Positions 1 to 12,476 of a DNA stretch of 64,000 nt are shown here, piece by piece. Within the stretch, counting starts at the first letter, position 1. Each line of letters begins with the position of its first letter. Source of the stretch: Octopus vulgaris (taxonomy: Eukaryota); NCBI GenBank assembly GCA_951406725.2, contig OX597815.1, positions 168,702,001 through 168,766,000 on the forward strand. The letters are read 5' to 3'. A program made the translations under genes and the position numbers. The notes under the pieces are model-generated. The model searched no databases, was not told the DNA's origin, and saw nothing but the letters and a program-made list of their open reading frames with translations.

Positions 1-199
1 AGCATTCACCAACTTAAACAAGGAGATCGGCCAAAAGAGTTGCAGGACATTCCGAAGTCGTCTGGAGGCCGTGGTTGAAGCCAATGTCGATTTTATTGAA
101 TAAATTTACTCTTTAGTTAGTAAATATATGTTAAAATGAGATGTCGGTGTTGGTTTCATTTTTGCGTAACTTAGACGACAGTTTATTTGCCACACCCTG
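1..199 (+). mobile_element. 3' end of Tc1/mariner-superfamily (maT/DD37D-like) transposon
   Basis: Frame 2 gives ...FRSRLEAVVEANVDFIE* (stop 101-103). TIR-like end GACAGTTTATTTGCCACACCCTG is followed by TA. Confidence 0.7.
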
Positions 200-225
200 T
201 ATATATCTATAGCTATGTATCTACA

Positions 226-226
226 A

Positions 227-311
<85 letters not shown>
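226..311. repeat. (ATCT)n microsatellite
   Basis: Direct reading. Confidence 0.95.
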
Positions 312-312
<1 letters not shown>

Positions 313-432
313 TTCTCTCTCCCTCTTTGTATATATATATATAGTTGCATATGTATACATATATAAGCCAACACTAATAGATCGACACATGCAATGACAT
401 ACATACATATGTGATATGTGCAAACACATATC

Positions 433-739
433 ACGTGATCACAAGACCGACCGGGCTATCAGATGTTGCTACACATCGCTGGTCACAATGCGCTTCGCAT
501 TGTTTTAGCCTTCAAATGACGCCACCCCGCTGGCTAAGCGAGCAGGCCAACAGAAGAAAGAGTGAGAGAAAGTTGTGACGAAAGAGTACAGAGGGATCGC
601 CCCCCCCTTCCTGCCGGAGCTTCGTGGAGCTTTAGGTGTTTTCGCTCAATAAACACTCACAACACCCGGTCTGGGAATAGAAACCGCGATCCTACGACCG
701 CGAGTCAGCTGCCCTAACCACTGGGTTATTGCGTCTCCA
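433..739 (-). mobile_element. tRNA-derived SINE family A (other copies 2469-2622 +, 16421-16730 +)
   Basis: Head with A/B-box-like motifs (TGGCCCAGTGG...GGTTTCGATTCCC); high identity to the 16421-16730 copy. Confidence 0.85.
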
Positions 740-1033
740 CGCAAACACATATATGCATGACAAACTAGTTGATATTGTCTGTATTCCAATGAAAGAACAT
801 TGTTTCTGGGTTGAAAATTATTCTTCACACCAATATGGTGAAACATATTTTTTAATACTGCCAGAACTAACATACATACATTACATATCACTTTATCACT
901 GTATCGACCAGACTATCGTGTGTTGCTATACACTGCTAGTCACAATGCAGTTTCTTGCATTGCTGTTGCTTTCTAATGAAGCCACCCCGCTTGGCTTGGC
1001 GGTTAGATCAACATTCCCTTTGAACAGAATACC

Positions 1034-1264
1034 TATTTCTTTACTACCCACAAGGGGCTAAACACAGAGAGGACAAACAAGGACAGACAAATGGATTAAG
1101 TCGATTATATCGACCCCAGTGCTTAACTGGTAGTTATTTAATCGACCCCGAAAGGATGAAAGGCAAAGTCGACCTCGGCGGAATTTGAGCTCAGAACGTA
1201 GAGACGGGCGAAATACGGCTACGCATTTCGCCCGGCGTGTTAACGTTTCTGCCAGATCGCCGCC
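1034..1264 (-). mobile_element. tRNA-derived SINE family C, full length, TSD TGAACAGAATA
   Basis: Head GGCGGCGA.CTGGCAGAAACG, B-box GAGTTCAAATTCC, central GCCTTTCATCCTTTCGGGGTCGA, tail CCCCTTGTGGG..TAAAGAAATA. More than 20 copies or fragments in the window. Confidence 0.9.
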
Positions 1265-1412
1265 TATGAACAGAATATCAGTTCATCGCAGGGTTAGTCA
1301 TGGGTAAACTGAAACAATGATAAATGAAGTGTTTCGCTCAAGAACACAACGCACCGGTATGCGAGTCGAAACTATGATCTTACGATCGTGAGGGCAACAT
1401 TGTAACAACCTT

Positions 1413-1444
<32 letters not shown>

Positions 1445-1921
1445 TGTATTATGTGTGTATTCTTAGGTATGTATACATACATGCATACAAAGGAACAGAG
1501 ATACATAAAAACCTAACTGCGTGAAATTTGAGACCGTCAGTACAAGCAGAAACAAGAACTGTCAGTTACGTATTAAAAATTCAAATTCAGATTAACACTA
1601 GGAAAGCGGAGAACGTTAAACTATTTATTTATGACCTTAACCCAGTCTACCAGACCTTCACCAGAACACAGACATACAGCGTCTGAGAAAATAAAAAGGA
1701 CAAAAATGATTGAAAAGCTTATCATATCATGATGAATGTAAGCAGTTCAACAAAAATATTAAAATATACATATTGAGGCTGGATTTACTGCCAAACATTT
1801 ATACTCATTCCAGACAAGAGAAGCGCTACAAGGCTATCAAAGACCTTTGTACCAGAACTGTAAAGTTGGGCTGTCCATAGATCCATGGTTCAAAGCTTAT
1901 CACCAGATAAAACTTTTTTGG

Positions 1922-2346
1922 GGATCTTTTCGGTTTGAACGGCAGTTTTTAACATAATTTCTAGGTAACTAAAAAATTTTAAACTTCGTATACTGGTAGA
2001 ATGTGTTTATAAAACATCTCTTTTTCTCTTGGCTTTATTGAGAAAATTCTATAGTTTGTAAGATATTTGTTGTTTTTTTTTTCTTCAATTTCTGCAATTT
2101 CAACCAATCAGTGACGTCTATTGAGTTAAAAAGCATTCTGTACCGTATGAATATGTACCTCGTTTAAGAAACAGATTGGGTTTATTTACATTTGTGAAGA
2201 AAAAAAGATACCCTTCCCCCACCCTAACCCTAACCCTAACCCTAAAACAGATTGAAATGCAATAGATCGATTCTAGGGTCATAATTATGGGTGACAATTT
2301 CATATGACACCGCTAGAAAAAACTGCCGTTCAAACCGAAAGGATCA
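1922..2346. mobile_element. MITE with GGATCTTTTCGGTTTGAACGGCAGTTTTT TIRs and internal (CCCTAA)n, copy 1
   Basis: About 29-bp TIRs. An uninterrupted paralogous flank exists at about 3550-3570. Confidence 0.88.
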
Positions 2347-2627
2347 CCTTTTTTTTACTGAAAACATGAGAAGTAGATTAAATGCACATTAAACAGTGTC
2401 GGGGAACATTATAAGAAACTCCCAAAAGTGCTAAATACCAGACAAATATTTTTTAAAAGGATATTAGTGGAGGCGCAATGGCCCAGTGGTTAGGGCAGCG
2501 GACTCGTAGTTATAGGATCGCGGTTTCGATTCCCAGACCAGGCGTTGTGAGTGTTTATTGAGCGAAAACACCTAAAAAACTCCACGAGGCTCCGGCAGGG
2601 GATGGTGGTGATCCCTGCTGTACAATA

Positions 2628-3036
2628 GGCGCAGGTGTGGCTGTGTGCTAAGTAGCTTGCTAACCAACCACATGGTTCCGGGTTCAGTCCCACTGCGTGG
2701 CACCTTGGGCAAGTGTCTTCTACTATAGTCTCGGGCCGACCAATGCCTTGTGAGTGGATTTGGTAGACGGAAACTGAAAGAAGCCTGTCGTTTATATGTA
2801 TATATATATATGTGTGTGTATGTCTTTGTGTGTCTGTGTTTGTCCCCCTAGCATTGCTTGACAACCGATGCTAGTGTGTTTACGTCCCCGTCACTTAGCG
2901 GTTCGGCAAAAGAGACCGATAGAATAAGTACTGGGCTTACAAAGAATAAGTCCCGGGGTCGATTTGCTCGACTAAAGGCGGTGCTCCAGCATGGCCGCAG
3001 TCAAATGACTGAAACAAGTAAAAGAATAAAAGAAAA
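2628..3036 (+). mobile_element. tRNA-derived SINE family B with internal (TA)n(TG)n
   Basis: Head GTGGCTGTGTG.TAAG...GGGTTCAGTCCC, CORE-like CCTTGGGCAAGT, tail ATGACTGAAACAAGTAAAAGA. Confidence 0.88.
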
Positions 3037-3109
3037 GAAAGAGTAAGGTAGTTCACATTTTATCGAAATCTTAATTTCCTTGTATGAAAGGAATATATGA
3101 CAGTAGGGT

Positions 3110-4018
3110 AAAAAATGGACCGAGTGTTGTTGTGGGATATGATTCTAGAACGGATAAAACAGATTCTTCTGATCAGATGATTGATCAATATTCAGCAGGT
3201 AGTAAGTTTGTGAAGTGTTGGAGACATGACCTAGTCCATTTGAGTGATTGGTGCTGTACAAATGCTCGCATTCTGTATGAGAAGAGCTCAGACATCCAAG
3301 GAAAGTAAGTTACTCTTCATTAGTTTTTAATTGAACATGTTTGATTGAACATGATGGAGGATATCAAGAGCCACGAAGTTTTGTTAATCTTAATAATGTG
3401 CATATTGAGGCTGGATTTACTGCCAAACATTTGCACTCATTCCAGACAAGGGAAGCGCTACAAGGCTATCAAAAACTCTTATGTAAAACCTTTGTACCAG
3501 AACTGTAAAGTTAGGCTGTCCGTAGATCCATGGTTTAAAGCTTACCATCAGATAAAACTTTTTTTTACTGAATTTTCAAGGAAAATTCAATATTTTGACC
3601 GGATTTTTCATTAAATGAATTCAGCAGTGGAAAGATTTTTTATTAGCGAACAAGCCTGTTTTAATGGAAATTGATCCTGTTAAATGATTGGGGTCATAAA
3701 TATAGATTACATTTTTCTTCTTTTTATTCGTATTTCAAACAAATGTCTCCTCAAATTTTTGTATAAACGCACTTGCAACCACCTTTGGTACTTTGATAAA
3801 AAAAAAAAATAATATTTTAAAGTGTAGATATTTAAATCAAAACTCTCTACGATAATTATATGTAAGAAATTTATAATCATAAATACCAGCTAAAGATATA
3901 GAAATAATTTGTTAAAAATTAATTATTTAACTAAATACAAGAGAATTCATGATTATTTTCAAAATTAATAGCAGCATAGGTGGTAAATTATAATAGAACC
4001 ATGGCTATGAAAGGCTCA
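3110..4018 (+). mobile_element. Decayed piggyBac transposase C-terminus and 3' end (fragment duplicated at about 1770-1919)
   Basis: DSSDQMIDQY…KCWRH..HL.D…NARILYEK and CKVRLSVDPWFKAYH resemble the piggyBac GGVDxxDQ/KWW region and the C-terminal Cys-rich CxVxLCxxPCFxxYH. Confidence 0.65.
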
Positions 4019-5470
4019 ACAGGATTGTTAAATTGTTGATAAGACAAAGAGACTGGAAACATGAGGAGCTGAGCGAATTCTCAATAGTATAATATTCGAC
4101 AGTACAGCTAGTCGCCCCACGACGAGTAAATATGGTTTGGTAGCATGTACTGTGCTTTCATTAACTGTTTTAAATGTCTATGCTGTCGCAATCGGACACA
4201 TACACCATTTCGGTAACCTCTCCCCAAATTGGTAAATATCAGACAAAGATTTTCTGAGGGAATATTCGTACATGTAATTCACATTCTAACAAAGTTTTTT
4301 AATTTCAATGTATGTAAAATATATGTTGCAGCCAGTTTCTCAAAGAAGATGTAAATTTCTGCTATCTTTCATTTATTTCCCTTCTGTCAACTTTACTCTG
4401 AAGAAGAATTCTATCTGTGCAAGTTGGATATTCCATTTCCACGGCAGTTTCACTGTAGTCTTCCTATCACCTTTTCCAAGTAACACAAGCCTTGCCAGAA
4501 CTATTACAAAGGTTTGTAATATTATTTTGTAATATTAATTCTGATGTCCTCACATCTCCCCTGACCCACCGTTACAGGCTGGTGCTTTTATATATCGATC
4601 CCAAGACGATGAAAAGCAATGTTGACTTCGGCTGTGCTTGATTGCAGAACGCAAAGTGCTTGACTAAACACCACAAACCATATCGTTTGACGTTCTGGCG
4701 ACCCAGCAAATTTGTCACCTTCTCAGAAAGAAACCAATAGCAAACAATTCTCGGTGTGGGAACATTCAGTAAAAAAAAATAAAAATAGAAATAAAATCAG
4801 TTGATCTTTGTTAATTGCTGATGAAACAGCAATATAGATAATCTGAGCATAGGAGCATGTCGGCTGTAGTCTATCGCCTTATGAATATGAACAGCATTAT
4901 ACAGATATGCTCTCGCGATAGTAACTGTATTTGTGGACATCGCATGGTTCTATTTAATGGACGCGCAGTGATCTGCAGATATTAATTTTGTCTTCTATGA
5001 GATTGAGTTGGTTTCATGGTTGGGTTTCTTTCTTTTTTCTTTCTTTCTTTCTTGTCAGTCACTCTCCTGGTGGCCTATTACAATGTTTATGACAATAGGG
5101 GGAAAAAAAGGCGGGAGAGAAAGAGAAGAAAATAGATGAATAGAATAAGTATCGTTTTATTTTATTAATGGAATAAATAATGTTCTTTACATGATTGCTC
5201 ATTGTTTTAGATTTCGTTAAGCTTTTGCTAATTTTTATCGTTGCTATTTTGAACTCGTCTGACCCACAAGCTTGTGTGTGTGTGTGTGTGCGTGCATGCG
5301 CGCGCGCGCGTGCGTGCGTGTGTGTGTGAGGGTTCGAGGCTTAGTCCCAGGGTGTTGCACTCGTGATCGTGAGATCACAGTTTCGATTCCATGGTTTCGA
5401 TTTCTTGACAGGATGGTGCGTTGTGTTCTTGAGCAAAACACTTGAAATTGCGTTGCTCAACAATCACTTC

Positions 5471-5542
<72 letters not shown>

Positions 5543-5544
5543 CG

Positions 5545-5575
<31 letters not shown>

Positions 5576-5748
5576 GCACACACACACACACACGCAAAAA
5601 CATCCACATACACACACATCCACTAACGTACACACACATACATCCACTGACATGCTCATATGTAATAATATGCTAGTTTTTGTGGATGTTTATATATGAA
5701 AACCATCAAACATTAACTCAAGGATCGTTTAATATATCTATGTATAAA

Positions 5749-5968
5749 GGCGGCGAGCTGGCAGAAACGTTAGCACGCCGCGCGAAATGCTTAGCGGTGT
5801 TTCGTCTGCCGCTACGTTCTGAGTTCAAATTCCGCCGAGGTCGACTTTGCCTTTCATCCTTTCGAGGGCGATAAATTAAGTACCAGTTACGCACTGGGGT
5901 CGATGTAATCGACTTAATCATTTTGTAATCGACTTAATCATTTTGTCTGTCCTTGTTTGTTCCTCTAT
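5749..5968 (+). mobile_element. SINE family C
   Basis: Same consensus; carries an internal 21-bp tandem duplication at about 5904-5945. Confidence 0.88.
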
Positions 5969-6120
5969 GAAATAAGAAACGTTAACACGGTGGGCGAAAT
6001 GCTTAGCCGTATTTCGTCTGCCGTTACGTTCTGAGTTCAAATTCCGCCGAGGTCGACTTTGCTTTTCATCCTTTCTTGTGCTGAACCGCTAAGGCACGGG
6101 GATGTAAACAAATCAATTAA

Positions 6121-6161
<41 letters not shown>

Positions 6162-6475
6162 CCTCCCTCTCTCTCCACACACACACATATATATACACCA
6201 TCTAAGGGATACGTGTATCCAATGAATCCGCTGGTGTGTTACCTATATTTAATCATGAGCATTGGTATTAATGCTCATAAATGATAGGTAATGACAAGAA
6301 TAAACCGAAGTTTATCAATATTCAAGGAAAGCAGAACATGGAGATCAAAGTAAAAGGCTTACGAAGTCAATAAACTGTTATTATTTAGTCCTATAACTAC
6401 CGGTATTTCTAATTATATTTTTTTACTTTTCATCTTATTTTTTTTACCTAACCAAATTGCTCATATAGTTATCTA

Positions 6476-6711
6476 TATTTTTTTTACTATCCACAAGGGA
6501 GGACAAACCACAGAGAGGACAAACAAGGACAGACAAACGGATTAAGTCGATTATATCGACCCCAGTGCGTAGCTGGTACTTAATCTATCGACCCCGGAAG
6601 GATGAAAGGCTAAGTCGACCTCAGCAGAATTTGAACTCAGAACGTAACGGCAGACGAAATACCACTAAGCATTTCGCCCGGCGTGCTAACGTTTCTGCCA
6701 GCTCGCCGCCT
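6476..6711 (-). mobile_element. SINE family C
   Basis: Same consensus. Confidence 0.88.
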
Positions 6712-7099
6712 CTTCATATAGTTATATATTTAACTCACACCTTCCACCCGTATATAGGAATGTACCACTAAATATCATAACTACCCCAGTTCTATTTCTA
6801 ATTCTAGTCGGTCGAAAATTTCCCGGTGGTTCTGCATGTAGCATGAATTGATTATCACTGTAGCCCCTTGTGGGCAATAAAGAAATATGAATTGATTATC
6901 ACTGTTCTCACTTTCTCCTTTTTCTTCTTTTTTGCTTTTATTTTATTTACTTTTCGCTCTGATGAAGTTCCGTGATTCAAATTGGTATAATTAATTACTT
7001 ACAATGATAACTGTTGTTGTCGTCGTTGTTGTTGTTGTTGTTGCTGCTGCTGCTGCTGTTGTTGTTGTTGTTGTTGTTGTCGTTTTTTCCTTCTTTCTT

Positions 7100-7500
7100 C
7101 AAAGTTCCTTTATTACTGTTTCGACATCTAATTCGATTGAACTTGACTTTACCAATTTTCCTTTCTTAAAAGTGGCTTTGGCACACTATTCAATGCCAAA
7201 CTCCATCCCGATATCATCACTGAATCCTTTTACAGTATGTAGTAGTCCTTCAAGCTCTTCATCATCTTTGCCATATAGTTTTAAGTCATCCATACAAAAT
7301 AGATGGCTTATTTTCCTGTTGTCAATTTTGTAGCCATACCCTGTTCTATTCAGTTCACTTGAGAGTGGTATTAGTGCTATGCAGAAAATTAGTGGTGAAA
7401 GCGAGTCACCTTGGAAAATTCCACAGTTTATGCTAATATTGTTTGAGCGCAATACTCTATTAGAATGATATAATTGGAGCTTCGTATTCCATAGTGACAT
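7100..7500 (-). mobile_element. R4/Dong-clade LINE reverse transcriptase fragment
   Basis: GIFQGDSLSPLIFCIALIPLS…ISHLFCMDDLKLY…FSDDIGMEFG; abuts an (ATT)n tract. Confidence 0.88.
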
Positions 7501-7518
7501 TATTATTATTATTATTAC

Positions 7519-7591
<73 letters not shown>

Positions 7592-7607
7592 TAATTATTA
7601 TTATTAT

Positions 7608-8326
7608 TACTATGAAGTTTTTCGGGGGATAAAACTGGCATCCAGTGATTTCTTCCAGAGATTTGCAAGAGGAGCTGCAAGTTGCTGTCTGCATTCCTTC
7701 AGGATTCTCATACAGTCCCAAAGTTTGCTGCTTCTTTGATTCCAAGGTTGTTATTTTTCTCGATTGGGAGTGATGCTGATTGTGGTATTTTAGAATATTT
7801 AATTTTTCGGGTTATTCTTTTTATTCTCCTGGTGAGCGCTTTTCTCTGTTTTAGAATATTGCATCTACTGTTATTTATGAGTTGTGAGGGTGTGTGTTTT
7901 GAGCATATGTGGGTGACCGTGTCCTCAAATAGTTGCCATGCATTTGTGTTTGCTGTGGTATTGGAGGAAGCAAGGGTGAAGGACCAGTCCACTTGCAATA
8001 AGTCTTGAGTAATCGCAGTCCAGTTTGACTTGTGTAAATATATATATATATTATTATTATTATTATTATTATTACGGAGATGTACTCGCATAGCAAGTGA
8101 TTTGATCTGAGATCGTGTGCTGAAACGAAAACAATTGTAGCGTGGAAGGTGTTTGTAAGCCATTTAAGAAACACACAAAAGCCATTCGATTTACTTCAAC
8201 ATTTAAGTTTAATTTGTCTGACAAATTAAACTTAAATGTTGAAGTGAATCAACATTTTGTGTGTTTCTTTGGCTTAAAACACCTTCCACGCTGCAATTAT
8301 TATTATTATTTTATTATTATTATTAC

Positions 8327-8362
<36 letters not shown>

Positions 8363-8964
8363 GATTATTATTATAATTCCTTTTTTCTCGATTGCTCTGA
8401 AACCCCTCTCTCTCTCTATTCCCCCCTTGCTTTTCTTTCTCTCTTTCCCCTTTTTTCCCCCCAAACCAAAAACAATATTACCCTCTTCTAAGCAAAGCAA
8501 TAGTTACGGGTATAAATCTGAACTTGTAACCTGGGTGGAGTAGCCGTAATTTTCTCAATGGTTCAACGTAAGTCTTTTCTTTCTCGTTGACCTTTAGCAT
8601 TATGTTGACATCCGCTAGACAAGTGATTTCTACTGAAGTACATAACTTCTCTCTTCGATCCCAGATCACTATGTCTGGTCTATTATGTTTGCATTTTATT
8701 GAGGATTTTACTGGGAAATTCCAGTAGTACTCGTTCGTATTATGTACATATACGTTTGCGCGCGCGCGTGTGTGTATGTGTGTGTGAGTGTGTGTGTGTG
8801 TGTGTATGTGTGTGTGTGTTTGTTTGTTTGTGTATTTTCTTTATATGCTTGAACCATTTCAACAAAGAAAAGTCTGGTTTCTAACAAAGAAACAAGGCTG
8901 TATTATTGGAACTCAGCAACAATAAGCAGTCATATTATGAAATGTACAAAAAACGTTGTTGTTG

Positions 8965-9028
<64 letters not shown>

Positions 9029-10032
9029 GAAGTTTTTCGGGGGATAAAACTGGCATCCAGTGATTTCTTCCAGAGATTTGCAAGAGGAGCAGCAAGTTGC
9101 TGTCTGCATTCCTTCAGGATTCTCATACAGTCCTACAGTTGCTGCTTCTTTGATTCCAAGGTTGTTATTTTTCTCGATTGGGAGTGATGCTGATTGTGGT
9201 ATTTTAGAATATTGATTTTTCGGGTTATTCTTTTTATTCTCCTGGTGAGCGCTTTTCTCTGTTTTAGAATATTGCATCTACTGTTATTTATGAGTCGTGA
9301 GGGTGTGTGTTTTGAGCATATGTGGGTGACCGTGTCCTCAAATAGTTGCCATGCATTTGTGTTTGCTGTGGTTTTGGAGGAAGCAAGGGTGAAGGACCAG
9401 TCCACTTGCAATAAGTCTTGAGTAATCGCAGTCCAGTTTGACTTGTGTAAATATATATATATTATTATTATTACGGAGATGCACTCGCATAGCAAGTGAT
9501 TTGATCTGAGATCGTGTGCTGAAACGAAAACAATTGCAGCGTGGAAGGTGTTTGTAAGCCATTTAAGAAACACACAAAAGCCGTTCGATTCACTTCAACA
9601 TTTAAGTTTAATTTGTCATTATTATTATCATTATTATTATTATTATTATTCCTTTTTTCTCGATTGCCCTGAAACCTCTCTCTCTCTCTCTCTCTCTATT
9701 TCCCCCTTGCTTTTCTTTCTCTCTTTCCTCTTTTTTACCCCAAAACCAAAAGCAATATTACCCTCTTCTAAGCAAAGCAATAGTTACGGGTATAAATCTG
9801 AACTTGTAACCTGGGTGGAGTAGCCGTAACTTTCTCAATGGTTCAACGTAAGTCTTTTCTTTCTCGTTGACCTTTAGCATTATGTTGACATCCGCTAGAC
9901 AAGTGATTTCTACTGAAGTACATAACTTCTCTCTTCAATCCCAAATCACTATGTCTGGTCTATTATGTTTGCATTTTATTGAGGATTTTACTGGGAAACT
10001 ACAGTAGTACTCGTTCGTATTATATACATATA

Positions 10033-10102
<70 letters not shown>

Positions 10103-10240
10103 TTTGTTTGTTTGTTTGTGTATTTTCTTTATATACTTGAACCATTTCAACAAAGAAAAGTCTGGTTTCTAACAAAGAAACAAGGCTGTATTATTGGAAC
10201 TCAGCAACAATAAGCAGTCATATTATAAAATGTACAAAAA
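7608..10240. repeat. Direct tandem duplication (units about 7608-8952 and 9024-10240) of a composite of LINE fragments and a PLE-type element
   Basis: Both units start ACTATGAAGTTTTTCGGGGG and end ATGTACAAAAAA. They contain CR1-like linker (HKSNWTAITQDLLQVDW) and R4 endonuclease (NRPDIVIWD…VEIT) fragments. Confidence 0.92.
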
Positions 10241-10603
10241 ATCGTCTGGCGTAATTTTACCGCTCCACTTACAGCTTAAACTGACTGAATACGAGAAAGA
10301 TCGCCGTTGTTATCGTTGTTGGTTTCCGAATTCCAGTGACGTAGCTTCTGTTTCTTTGTTAAAAACAGCTCCCTCCTTCGGGAAAGGATTCTTATAAAAA
10401 TGTGGAACATGCATTCATGCACCCGTACAAACAGATAGACAGGCAGACAGACAGACGACAGACAGACATCGTTATGCGGTGAACAGGCAACTGATTAAAT
10501 GGAATAGTAAATATATTTTCTATTCTTTGAGAACATAAATATAGAAACAAAAACACTCAAGTAGAACGATATATATGTGTGTGTATGTATATATATATAC
10601 ACA

Positions 10604-10741
<138 letters not shown>

Positions 10742-11006
10742 CCAATTATATACGTTTTTATTATTTTTTTGCAATTTACTTAATCATCGGTATTTTAATT
10801 TTAATATTTCTATTATTTGTAATTTTCTAGATAGTGTAATTTAATTGTTCATTTTGAATTGATAAAAGGTGTTTTTTTTTTCTAACTTTTATATATATAT
10901 TATATTGTGTGAAATTTGATTTAGTTTTTCTAAATTTAATTTTTTTTTCCTTGTAAGTTAGGATTAATATTCCCTCAAATAATAATAATTATTATATATA
11001 TATATA

Positions 11007-11251
11007 AAGGGTAAAGACCCCCTTCGGTCAGGCACTGACCATGGGTTTGCACCTAGAGAGATACCCTCTGAGGCACAAGTCTGGGCAAGGTTGTTTTATG
11101 GAAGACCAGCAGTCGCCCATGCATACCGGCCTCCCTCTCCACGTCACCGATGTTGTCCAAGGGAAAGGCAAGGGCCGATACAGCTTGGCACCTGTGACGT
11201 CGCAACTCATTTCTACAGCTGAGTGAACTGGAGCAACGTGAAATAAAGTGC

Positions 11252-11253
<2 letters not shown>
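11007..11253 (-). mobile_element. SINE 3' portion (family D; a related tail lies at about 39365-39465)
   Basis: CORE-like CCAGTTCACTCAGCTGTAGAAATG; the tail is shared with the inverted copy at 39.4 kb. Confidence 0.65.
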
Positions 11254-11325
<72 letters not shown>

Positions 11326-11329
11326 TCTT

Positions 11330-12358
11330 TTTCTAGTTTCAGCTCGAGACCTGCGGTCATATGCTGCAACCATGCTGGGGTACTGCTGTTTGCTTTGCTA
11401 CACTTTCATTAACCCTGCTCTGTGTGGGCATTTGGTGAATGAGGGAGTTTGATGTTGCTGCTTGGATCTGCGTTTCTTGCCGTAAGGTAGGTTCATCCGG
11501 AACTCTTGACAGAAAGAGATCAAGTTTATTTTGAAGACGCCTATATCCACCACATGTCGGTCTCTCAGGTTTTGTGAGAGGATATTGAAGAGCTATGGGA
11601 CCTTGAATTCCAAGCTGTTGTAGTATCTGGTCCTGTATCCTGATGGCAATGTTCGGATTTTTGGTACTATGCAGTGCGCCCCGTTCTGCTGTTTGTGTAA
11701 TTGACAATGCTAAAGTTTGGTACAAGTTCTCGCATTTTCCAGATGTATACTACTGCGTATATTCCCTGCCTTCGCCCTATGGAGTTTTAGCGCTTTCAAT
11801 CTCTTTCAGTAGCTGACATGTCGCATTGAAACGATCTTCTTTCGCTGGATTGCTTCGAGTTCCGTCTTTAATTTTACACTGTGTGGTGACCACAGTTGGG
11901 AGCAGTGATCCAAACGGCTGACGACGAACGTTCTCCAGAGGACCATCATGGTTTTTTGTTCTATCGTTCTGAAAGTTCGAAGGATCCATCCGGCCAACCG
12001 TCTGCCTTTTATTTCCAACTTAGTAATGTGCACCTAGAAAGATGCATCATTGGTCATGTCGATGTCCAAGTAACGTATTGATTTTGATTCAGGGATTGCA
12101 ATGCCTCTTGGGCCAGTGTATCTTGTCTGCTTTTCATTCAGTTTTGTGTGTTAATAGCGCAGGGCTTGGAATTTTCCAGCATTAAACTGCATGTTATTTT
12201 CTTCAGCCCAACTGTATATTTCGTCCAGTTCCCGTTGTAGATGCACAACACCTCCAGGGTTCTGTATCATCTGAGAGACTTTTGTGTCATCTGCATAGCT
12301 AGCAAGAGTGGTTATCTGAGCAGCTAAGGGCATATCTGAGAGGGCCACTATGAATAGC
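11330..12358 (-). mobile_element. 5'-truncated CR1/L2-group LINE (RT C-terminal half to 3' end)
   Basis: [10 protein letters not shown]…[25 protein letters not shown]…RLDHCSQLWSP…LEAIQR…KLDLFLSRVPDEP; frameshifted; (TA)n on both sides. Confidence 0.88.
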
Positions 12359-12398
12359 ATAATGCGTATATATACACACAACATACATATAAACATAT

Positions 12399-12476
<78 letters not shown>

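Noticed and set aside
2221-2245. Interstitial telomere or chromosome fusion site
   Set aside because: Only about four units, and part of a multicopy MITE.
6959-6965. Isolated CTGATGA motifs (also 14066, 18036, 52637)
   Set aside because: No stem II plus GAAA plus stem III plus stem I arrangement.
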